From Antedon mediterranea (lineage: Eukaryota > Animalia > Echinodermata), in contig NC_092678.1 in NCBI RefSeq assembly GCF_964355755.1, positions 18,493,365 through 18,557,364 on the forward strand: DNA of 64,000 bases, read 5' to 3'. The notes under the pieces are model-generated. The model was given only the letters and a program-made list of their open reading frames with translations. It was not told the DNA's origin and made no database searches. Shown here one piece after another: positions 54,070-64,000 of this stretch; the stretch's first letter is position 1; each line of letters opens with the position of its first letter. Position numbers and translations under genes: made by a program.

Positions 54070-56310
54070 AATTACTAGTTAGAAATACAATGTTATTTCA
54101 ACGTTGGATCAAAATTGATAAATTAACGTAAATTACTAGTTAGAAAGACAATGTTATTTCAACGTTGGAGCACCATTGATAAATTAACGTAAATTTCTTA
54201 TTAAAAATACAATGTTATTTCAACGTTGGACCAACATTGATAAATTAACGTAAATTACTAGTTAGAAATACAATGTTATTTCAACGTTGGATCAACATTG
54301 ATAAATTAACGTAAATTTCTAGTTAAAAATACAATGTTATTGCAACGTTGGATCAACATTGATAAATTAACGTAAATTTCTTGTTAAAAATACAATGTTA
54401 TTTCAACGTTGGATCAACATTGATAAATTAACGTAAATTTTTAGATATAAAGACAATGTTATTTCAACGTTGTATAAACATTGATAAATTAACGTAAATT
54501 ACTAGTTAAAAATACAATGTTATTTCAACGTTGGATCAACATTGATAAATTAACGTAAATTACTAGTTAGAAAGACAATGTTATTTCAACGTTGGATCAA
54601 CCTTAATAAATTAACGTAAATTTCTAGTTAAAAATACAATGTTATTTCAACGTTGGATCAACATTAATAAATTAACGTAAATTTCTAGTTAAAAATACAA
54701 TGTTATTTCAACGTTGGATCAACATTGATAAATTAACGTAAATTACTAGTTAAAAATACAATGTTATTTCAACGTTGGATCAACATTGATAAATTAACGT
54801 AAATTACTAGTTAAAAATACAATGTTATTTCAACGTTGGATCAACATTGATAAATTAACGTAAATTTCTAGTTAAAAATACAATGTGATTTTAACGTTGG
54901 ATCAACATTGATGAATTAACGTAAATTACTAGTTAAAAATACAATGTTATTTCAACGTTGGATCAACATTGATAAATTAACGTAAATTTCTAGTTAAAAA
55001 TACAATGTGATTTTAACGTTGGATCAACATTGATAAATTAACGTAAATTACTAGTTAGAAAGACAATGTTATTTCAACGTTGGATCAACATTAATAAATT
55101 AACGTAAATTTCTAGTTAAAAATAAAATGTTATTTCAACGTTGGATCAACATTGATAAATTAACATAAATTACTAGTTAAAAATACAATGTTATTTCAAC
55201 GTTGGATCAACATTGATAAATTAACGTAAATTACTAGTTAAAAATACAATGTTATTTCAACGTTGGATCAACATTAATAAATTAACGTAAATTTCTAGTT
55301 AAAAATACAATGTGATTTTAACGTTGGATCAACATTGATAAATTAACGTAAATTACTAGTTAGAAAGACAATGTTATTTCAACGTTGGATCAACATTGAT
55401 AAATTAACGTAAATTACTAGTTAGAAAGACAATGTTATTTCAACGTTGGATCAACATTGATAATAAAATGAAAATTTCTAGTTAGAAATACAATGTTATT
55501 TCAACGTTGGATCAACATTGATAAATTAACCTAAATTTCTAGTTAGAAAGACAATGTTATTTCAACGTTGGATCAACATTGATAATAAAACGTAAATTTC
55601 TAGTTAAAAATACAATGTTATTTCAACGTTGGATCAACATTGATAAATTAACGTAAATTTCTAGTTAAAAATACAAGGTTATTTCAACGTTGGATCAACA
55701 TTGATAAATTAACGTAAATTTCTAGTTAAAAATACAATGTGATTTTAACGTTGGATCAACATTGATAAATTAACGTAAATTTCTAGTTAGAAAGACAATG
55801 TTATTTCAACGTTAACTCAACATTGATAAATTAACGTAAATTACTAGTTAGAAGGACAATGTTATTTCAACGTTGGATCAACATTGATAAATTAACGTAA
55901 ATTTCTAGTTAAAAACACAATGTTATTTCAACGTTGAATCAACATTTATAAATTAACGTAAAACATTTGTTAGAAAAACAATGTTATTTCAACGTTGGAT
56001 CAACATTGATAAATTAACGAAAAACATTTGTTAGAAAGACGATGTTATTTCAACGTTAAATCAACATTTATAAATTAACGTAAATTACTAGTTAAAAAGA
56101 CAATGTTATTTCAACGTTTGATTAACATTGATAAATGAACATAAACATTCTATTGAAAAGAAAATGTTATTTCAACGTTGATTCAATGTTTATTAATAAA
56201 CGTAAAAAATATAGTTAGGGAAAAAATGTTATTTCAACGTTGATTCAACGTTTGAAATACGCTGACAACATGATTTCAACAAATCAACTATATTTCAACG
56301 TTGATTCAAC
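54070..56310. repeat. Right subterminal array, 61-bp unit x~36
   Basis: Unit caacgttggatcaacattgataaattaacgtaaattactagttaaaaatacaatgttattt with 61-bp period (54099, 54160, 54221, 54282...). Confidence 0.95.
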
Positions 56311-57827
56311 GTTGAAATTATGTTCTGTGCCCACTGGGTACGTTTTGATAATAAAAGAAGGTCTGTATAATTGATCAAAGACAAACTATTGTGTCAAAAC
56401 AAATAATAAATGAAGGAAATATTATTTCAAATAATCATTAAAAATCACATTTGTATTGTTACTTTGAGCCGCGCCTCTCCGTCTATGGAGTGCGACCGCC
56501 GCCAGAATTGTTGAGGTATACAGTATTACGAAATATAACAATGATTTGAGGAATTTCTACAAATTGATCGATGTGCATTGTCATTATAGTTTCATAACAA
56601 CGTTGGTTCGTCGAGCCTGCACATACAAAGTTCAGAAAGCAGACGATTAAACAATCAAAATCTTCTAGTCATACATATCTCTTTACGTTTTCATTTGCAC
56701 GTTCGACAAACCCAACGTCACATCATGATTAAACGAATAGGAGGCTCCAAAGTCCATTTCTCTAGTGTTAAACCTATCATTAATGCATATGCCTAAGTTG
56801 TGTCTTGTTCATTCATCAGTTCACTTCCTGAGTAGGCCTATAAGCGTTAAATAGTAGTCGTAGGCCTAAACAAGTGCGAATGAATCTCCATCATGGAAAA
56901 TTGATTAATTCAAATTCTATTCCCTAACGCAACAGTCTTTCCCCCGATATATCTTACACTGAACTGACCTCTTTGAACAAAGATAATATTTTGTCGATAA
57001 AATGACGATAAACAAACAAGGTATATCAAGCCACGTTAACAACATAAGTAGTGAGTAAATATATACAGATGTTATCCATCAAATCCGGTATGCTTACTCC
57101 GGATGTTCTCAGTTATGAGGATACATGTTTATCCTCTATAATCATTAATGTTGGCACACAGTAACATTGTTACCACAAGTGGAAAATGGACTGACACAGT
57201 TTAACAATCAAGGTATGGTACATCTATAACTAAGTAACTTGTATCTTATTCAACACTGGGTTATATTAACTACGGTATATACAAGGTTAGTTAACGTCAA
57301 CCTACTAGTAGGTTGCGGTACCGGTATCAAATGTATTCCGGTCCCACTAAACTCTCTAAAAACCTCTCCAAAGTCGCTATAGGTTTAAGCATATAGAGGC
57401 CGAGGCCTAACCCAAATCCAAATGGAATAGATTTTTCACTATATGATACATTAATTTTCAACACTCCTTGATATTTCAGCTCAGCCTAGAGATAGTGAGG
57501 AATTCTTTCAGAATTCTGACACGATTCGGTACTCTAATGTATTAATTGTTATATAATAGTTACGGTACTACTCTACTGATATTCTCATAAACAAATTAAA
57601 TCAGAAAGCAGAAATGGAATAGTAAATTAGTAGAAGTTCAATGTTTAATTCTGTGTTTGCTACCCCAAAGAAAAAGTTTTCGAAAAAAAATAAAATATTT
57701 TTATATACTAGGCCACCACAAAATTATCTTATAAAACGATAAACACTATTACTTTTATTATTAAAGTAACAAGTAAACGATTTATACATATAACAGTTTA
57801 ATTCTTCAATACAGAAACACAGTTAGT

Positions 57828-57939
57828 ATGGCAGACTTTGTCATTTACATATTTCCCGCCATTGGAATTATGGCACTGGTGATAAGCTGTTGCTGTTCGT
57901 ATGCTTCTAAAGGGAGTTCAGACATTGGCAGCGAATTAA
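57828..57939 (+). CDS. TM-PPxY microprotein C, coding exon 1 (TM helix plus CCC)
   Basis: Acceptor at 57814. Translates MADFVIYIFPAIGIMALVISCCCSYASKGSSDIGSEL then A|gtaagt, 112 nt, phase 1. Confidence 0.78.
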
Positions 57940-57961
57940 GTAAGTAGGCCTAAATACCATC

Positions 57962-58250
57962 TTAAACTTGGTTCACACTAGAAAGCAACGCAAGCGAATT
58001 GACCAATGACAAGCAACAGTTCGAATAATTCATCGCTTGTGTTTGGTCAAATTACCAGTAGTAGGCCTACTAGACATTTGGATAGATTGAATCTCTTAAG
58101 CTTGGTTTCCACTAGAAATTCATCGAAGGACGTAGAAGCAATGCAAGTGATTTTACCAATGACATGCCACCGTTCGAATAATCCATCGCTTGTAATTGGT
58201 CAAATCACTTATTGGTCAAATCACGTCCTTGCGTTACCTCTCTAGTAACC
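57962..58250. mobile_element. Two decayed MITE family 1 copies in the intron of TM-PPxY gene C
   Basis: Left TIR-like starts at 57962 and 58096, with gaccaatgac...ttcgaataat.catcgcttgt cores. Further remnants at ~29917, 31370 and 31820. Confidence 0.6.
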
Positions 58251-58351
58251 ACAGCACATAGTTAGTCAGTAGTTTTTATCTGTAATTTTTTAGACTATCA
58301 GTTTTGTTGCGATTTATTTTTTCTTAATTTTTTTGTATCTTCTTCTTGCAG

Positions 58352-58614
58352 GTGACAATGATTCTGAATTAGAAAACGGATTTACAGATTTTCATTTTCC
58401 ACCACGAATAGCGTCACCAGACCCATCTACGTTTATAGTCCCACCGTCTTATGAAATTGCCATGACGTTACGACAAGACAGTGAACAGTCTAAACTGACG
58501 ACTCCGTTGTCTCCTCCACCAACCTACGAAATGGTAGTATTTGACCGTCTGATGGTAGGCCTACCAATGCTCACGCCTGAAGATCTAGGAGTAGTGACGT
58601 TTCCAGTAACGTAA
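58352..58614 (+). CDS. TM-PPxY microprotein C, coding exon 2 (PPSY, PPTY)
   Basis: cttcttcttgcag|, phase 1. Translates SDNDSELENG...IVPPSYEIAM...SPPPTYEMVVFD...VTFPVT*. Total 124 aa. Confidence 0.8.
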
Positions 58615-58868
58615 AGGAACACTGTATTGGATTGAAGTATTTCTTTGTGGTTTTGAGAACAAAGATGGTTTGATACAGTATGAAAGATTTCAGTTACATT
58701 TTTTTTTTGCGATTCATGTTATATTTATGATACGATCTTCTGATAGTGTATGTTGCCAGCTTTATTATGCCGTCGACTTGTAAGTGTAACGTGCTAGAGA
58801 AAAAGAAGTTAGCTTAATTCAGACGTTAATAACAATGATGACGACACCTGTTACAAGCGTACTGGTGG

Positions 58869-59220
58869 CATTATTTTTTTCCTATGAGGTTAAGGAGGAA
58901 ATCAGGAATAATTCATTACAGTACCTTAATTATTTTATATTATAAAGAATTGCAAACTAGCTGAAATACTTCCTAAATATACTAAACCTAACCCTCTAAA
59001 TAAAAAACGTTCTTGAAAGACCTCTAACCGAGAGCTCCATTGTAATAGGTTAAAATATTTACCACTAGTCCAAACATTTCGGTTGGCAAACGCTGTTTAC
59101 ACAAATTATTTAATCTCTCTGCATTCTTTAGCGCCCTCTATAATGTCCCGTGTTATGTCATAATTATTCTAATGAACTATTCATGATTTCTGCCTTAACC
59201 TCATAGGGGAAAAAATAATG
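58869..59220. mobile_element. MITE with ~50-bp TIRs
   Basis: cattattttttt.cctatgaggttaagg..gaaatca.gaata.ttcatta ... taatgaactattcatgatttctgccttaacctcataggggaaaaaataatg. Confidence 0.75.
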
Positions 59221-59549
59221 CGTATCGGCGTTCACTGACCATCCATACCAACAGCGTGAACACTGTTTACGCGCTTACGTAGTTTACATTACGTAACTAT
59301 TCTTAAAAATTAATCGTGTATTTATGTTTTTATACATTGTGCAATAGTCGTTTAAAAATAAATGTTAAATTAATTAGTACAAGTTTATGGTGTTTATGTT
59401 TTTCTGCGTGTGTACTTATAGATTCATATCAAAATGACGTCACCAACGCAGACAACATAATTAAAAATGCAGCACTAGTACCAGCTTGGTTTTATAATTT
59501 CCCATCCGGAAATAAGGAAATACATGTAATGGTTTCTAAAAATATTAAT

Positions 59550-59882
59550 TTAAAGATATATTATGAAAAACAAAACAAAACATGAAAAATGAAGATTAAT
59601 AAAATTAAATTTTTAATAGGCCATTTTGTAGTTTTAATAACATGATTTCCGCACAAAAAAACGAAAAAAAAAAAATGTTTTCACTTATAAAAGACAAAAA
59701 AAAAACATAAATTCAATTTGACTATTTATTTCTTTGGATTACAGTTTTTCAGGTAAATGATATATATTTTTTTTGATCAACATTTTTGTCAAAGTCAATA
59801 ACTATTATAGAACATCAAAATAGTATACTATATTCAACAACAAAAAAAAAAAAAAAAAAAAGATTCAGAGATACAATATCTT
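59550..59882. mobile_element. Copy of the TTAA-flanked MITE
   Basis: ttaaagatatatt...aaaaatgaagattaat...tttttcaggtaaat...tttgtcaaagt...caatatct. Confidence 0.6.
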
Positions 59883-60194
59883 GTATGTTTTTTAAACAAT
59901 TGTAGGTACGTGTCGATTGAACCGTTTACTAATCTCATTCACCTGTTTATGTAGCGTATTAGTATTAATGTCACGTGTCATTTAGTGGATGATATGGATC
60001 ATATATTTTAAAACATCACTTGAAATGTCAGTGTTACGTTTACTGAGACGCCTAATGAGAGACATCACGTTGCGGGGGTATAATTTCAGTTATAAAACCA
60101 CTGAATCATATATTTCTAATTCATCATGTTTAGTTAATTGAACTAACAAACATAATAACAGTAAGTGAACGATTATCCTCGTTTCCATAGTTTA

Positions 60195-60655
60195 CATTAT
60201 GCAAATAAACGTCAGTGGTTTTACACCTGGGCTTGTTTGTATTATGCAAATGAACAATTTTACGTTAATGACAATGGTTTTACAGCTGGGCTTGTTTTTA
60301 TTATGCAAATGAACAATTTTACGTTAATGACAATGGTTTTACAGCTGGGCTTGTTTTTATTATGCAAATGAACAATTTTACGTTAATGACAATGGTTTTA
60401 CAGCTGGGCTTGATTCTATATGCAAATGAATAATTTAACGTTAATGACAATGGTTTTACAGCTGGGCTTGTTTTTATATGCAAATTAATAATTTTACGTT
60501 AAACGTCAATGGTTTTACAGCTGGGCTTGTTTTTATATGCAAATGAATCATGTTACGTTAACGTCAATGTTTTTACAGCTGGGCTTGCTTTTATATGCAA
60601 ATGAATCATTCTAAGTTTGTGTTACAGGTGGGGTAGTTTCATATGCAAATGAGTT
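60195..60655. repeat. 58-59-bp minisatellite containing ATGCAAAT octamers
   Basis: Unit tttacagctgggcttgtttttattatgcaaatgaacaattttacgttaatgacaatggt; nine octamers between 60199 and 60650. Confidence 0.9.
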
Positions 60656-60859
60656 ATGTTTATTTCGGTGGAAATCGAGAGCTTTATAAGTTGATTTAAT
60701 TGACAATAATATATTTGTACATTCATTTGTGTATTTGTCAAACTATTGCACCCTAAATCATGTTGATCGATCCCAGTTCAGAAATTTACATGTAAATGAT
60801 TGCTTTCTAATTTGGTGAGTAAAACATCAGTTTTATTGTACTCTATTATGTATTATTTT

Positions 60860-62340
60860 TCGTAAACGAAATCCACAATTCCGTACATCGAGTTTTGGCT
60901 ACTTGGTAGAATTCATCGATGTTAAAATTATTGCGCATTAAGTATCAATCGTTTTTCCATTCCAAAACCTCTCATAATGTTTCTATTTTACTACGCGACA
61001 GGTTTGTTTAAAAATAACATTATTCTTTATTCATTTAGTCTTATATCATTATTCTGTTAGTGTTAAAAAAAACATTACTAAATATTTAATTTTGCAACTT
61101 TGATATTAAAAAAAATAATGTCCTTACAATACTTACATTGTATGAATTAAAACTGTGATATATGTTAAGTCTGTGTTTGTCAATGGCGTAACCAATACAT
61201 GGAATAGATGGACATTCGTAATAGTTCTTTGATCTTATGTCTGGCTGCGATAAAAACCGCGAATGGATGGAAATACATTCATTTTTCCAACGTGTTTCCA
61301 ATGTTGGCTGTCAACTGAACATTATGTTGTATAACAAATGTGTTTTTTAAAAATTAAAGTATATATCCGATCAAGTGGTTACCATTTGAATAACACTATA
61401 AGTTAATGAATAGTTGGGTGATTTATAAATAATGTACAACGTTGTTTTTGGGTATAGTAACAATTGTGCTAAAGTTGAATATGGACTACAATTGGCGCCA
61501 TAATTCAGGTCATGTTTTTTATTCAAAGCACTCATCCACTTATGTATCTGCAGATGACCTATGGTATGTAAATATGTATCATTTGGTCACAAAAGTTCCA
61601 CATGTGATACATATGTGACACCGTATTACAGAATGTGCATATATACTGGATGAACAGTAATAGATGAGGCAAACGAAGAAATGTGTCGTTAGAGTACATG
61701 TTGTCTGTATAATTTATCTTTGCACATATAATATTGTGTTTTTATAGTTTTCCGTTATGCTAGGGTTTAATTAGCATTAAGCCAAACCACAGATTTATTG
61801 TGTAATTGCGGAATAGTATTAATTATTCATTCTAAAATTAAACTGAAAGTTTGGTCATCACACTGTATGCTGATAAATTGGATAAAATAATTACTGCTAT
61901 ATATTTTAAATGGAGTCCTTACATTGATTTTACTGAATTTTCGCTTGTAGTTGTCGCCACATCCTTGATAGGAGAGCTCTCTGCAGATGTTCGTAGTGAT
62001 AATTCAATTCGCGTATTACCATCAATTTGTTGTTTATATAGACAGATAATTACAACGTTTCTGTTCTTATCTCCACTGAAACGTATCGACAACGTTGAAT
62101 ATACAGTGTCATGTGACAGTTATGTTTGGAGGCAGGTTGGTGAATCGATTTAAGATCTGCCAGCCTTTAAGTTTTACAAGATTTACGGATACACCGCGTA
62201 TCGATCGCAGGAAATTAGGTCGTGTACGCGCACCGGATGCGCAGACAATAATGAAAAGAAACCTTAAATATATACTCTACGCTGAGTTCTAGCCTTAACA
62301 GTGAAGTGTAGTTCCGGCGTCTTCGATGAGTGATTTCTCT
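60860..62340 (-). pseudogene. Possible decayed Ig-superfamily (C2-set-like) gene fragments
   Basis: Minus-strand pieces in shifting frames: EDAG, IIVCASGARTRPNF, VYSTLSIRFSGDKNRNVVIICLYKQ. Exon-like block 61137-61307 with cag|...|gtaagt. Stops and frameshifts are present. Confidence 0.3.
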
Positions 62341-62929
62341 ACATAAATAAAAGAACGAAAAATAAAACAAGAAAGAAATATTTCAATTAATTAAACTTCG
62401 TTGTGTTCCAGGTGGCTGTGAAATCATTAAATAGTCATTGAGTTGAAGGCTAAATTCGAAATAATTGATTTTATATTATGATGATTAGGATTTAAAACTT
62501 AATGCAGGTCAAAAGAAATTATAAAATTATTGATATAAATCCAAAGGCAAATTATTTAAAAATTGACAATGTTGTGGGTATCAGTAGCTAGATCTCAATG
62601 GATATACAACATTATAATAAGCAACAAGCTAAGTCAAAACGGCCAGAAAGTGCTACGCTTTTGGAAATCGCTACTACTTCGTTAGGCCTTATTATAACTA
62701 TTTTTGATTCGCATTTTAAGTTTAAAATAATGGAATTATTTCATATTCCATAAGACAAAATATATAAATAACTTACTAATCTAAAATTCCTTCACTTGCA
62801 CTAATGAAGGGCTAGTGTTGCCCGAAAGCTCTGCTAACTTTTCTGGCTATTTTACTGTTAGCTTTCCGCTTTTTTTTGTATCTCCATTGAGACCCAGTTA
62901 CTGATAAATTGAAATTTAAATATATATTT

Positions 62930-63222
62930 ATACTCGGTAACCTCTTCAGTCAAAGACTGGTCTCCCAGAGGGCCCAGTTGGTGATCAGTGGCTGTGATGT
63001 ACTAATACACCGGGGTAACCCCCTACACGTCTCGAAGATGTACTAGGTTCTTTAAAGTGCACACGAGCTAGTTGTGTACACTGGACCTACGGTTTATAGT
63101 CCTTATCCGAGAAGACTCGTTCTACCACCAGAACCATGGAGTGAGTGAGCCTCGAACCCATGCCGCTGTTATGTCTACGTAATTACGGTTCCACTGTCTA
63201 AAACCGCTCGGCCACTCACTCA
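62930..63222 (-). mobile_element. Full-length tRNA-derived SINE with a Deu/Nin-like central domain
   Basis: Minus strand: A box GTGGCCGAGCGG, B box GGGTTCGAG, then tcggataaggactataaaccgtaggtcc...aaagaacc...ggggttaccccggtgt, resembling the DeuSINE core as I recall it. Related fragments at 3720-3855 and 44555-44610. Confidence 0.75.
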
Positions 63223-63629
63223 CTCACAGCATTGTCATTTTTTTCTGTTATTTGCCTTTGGATTTACTTACTAAACAAACATACACATTACAGTAAAGGA
63301 ATGTTTCCAACTCACTCAATTGAAACCCTGCGTTTTATAAGGAAATATTGACTCAAACTTATGAACAGTCATTTATTATACAGAGTTTGACAGTAAAATT
63401 ATATTATATTTTACATGTGACACACATGTGTCGCTTTATTTAGGAATTTGACTATGCTGCTGTATGATGAAATAGGCCTAGTGAAGATACAGCACAGTTA
63501 TTTTATTTTTCAGTAATAGAAATTGCGTCGTATGAAATCGCGTTCAATTCAAGATAAATTTGTGAGAATCAGTAAAAAATGATAATTCTCAAAACTTGTC
63601 CATTTTTATTATCCATTATTTTCAATTAA

Positions 63630-64000
63630 CACTTTGACTGCCAGAGGTTTTTCCAGTTAGAAACTGCCACCGCCAGCGTTTATAGCCCAATTCGATGTTT
63701 TTATCAAAGCTGATTGAAACTATGTATGTGATCTGATTTACATGTAATTTAGACTAAAATAATCAAAAAGATTTTAGCTTTACAATGGTACCAAGAACGA
63801 TTTTCAAATCGCAATATGTAAATCGTAATAGTAAAATGAAAGTAACCCACTTTTTGAGTTTTTCGTAGTTTTGCGCAAGAAAGTCGAGATATACGCAATT
63901 TTGTGCAAGACATCACAATATGAAAATATCGCCCGGTGAGATCAACAAACAACGAAAAATTACTTACACGGCACCGTTAGGCCTATAAAAACAAGTTATC
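63630..64000 (-). mobile_element. Second copy of the TTAA-flanked element, running off the window
   Basis: TTAA|cactttgactgccagagg... is the reverse complement of 11415-11787 with scattered substitutions. Confidence 0.8.

Larger units (their letters stand above)
49357..56338. mobile_element. About 7-kb non-autonomous CMC/EnSpm(CACTA)-like DNA transposon
   Basis: TA|CCCAGTGGGCA ... TGCCCACTGGG|TA: 11-bp TIR, 2-bp TSD, CMCWR-type terminus. Long AACGTT-rich subterminal arrays at both ends. No transposase ORF seen. Confidence 0.8.

Noticed and set aside
54070-56310. CRISPR-like regular array
   Set aside because: Contiguous tandem units without unique spacers, eukaryotic context, no cas genes.
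8722-58614. Functional link between Kv4 and the TM-PPxY adaptors
   Set aside because: Only proximity (about 25 kb, with FHIT between them); animal gene neighbourhood alone is not evidence of a shared pathway.
59316-59585. Fourth TM-PPxY family member
   Set aside because: GTG start, no PPxY, and it runs into a MITE.

Overview
This is AT-rich animal genomic DNA (an invertebrate; the taxon cannot be fixed from sequence alone) with spliceosomal introns, so most entries in the ORF track are noise. Supported genes: (1) the last two coding exons of a Shal/Kv4 (KCND) potassium channel on + (8722-8811, 18878-19324). (2) A compact FHIT gene on - with five coding exons between 42948 and 37322, whose internal exon sizes (146/30/69 nt) match human FHIT. 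It has a U12-type GTATCCTT intron, an apparent 1-nt frameshift in the first coding exon, and a 51-bp minisatellite made of copies of its own last-coding-exon splice acceptor. (3) Three co-oriented small genes on + (44999-45651, 47430-48600, 57828-58614) that the ORF track shows only in part. Each encodes a 103-124 aa protein with one N-terminal TM helix, juxtamembrane Cys, a phase-1 intron and two PPxY motifs; this is the best candidate for an undescribed system, a tandem array of NEDD4/WW-domain adaptor microproteins. The rest is repeat-rich: a 7-kb CMC/EnSpm-like element with large AACGTT subterminal arrays, several MITE families, tRNA-derived SINEs, a TTAA-flanked element, minisatellites (one carrying nine octamer motifs), two MITE-anchored inverted duplications, and a possible decayed Ig-domain gene near the 3' end. 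All translations and alignments were done by eye; no searches were run.
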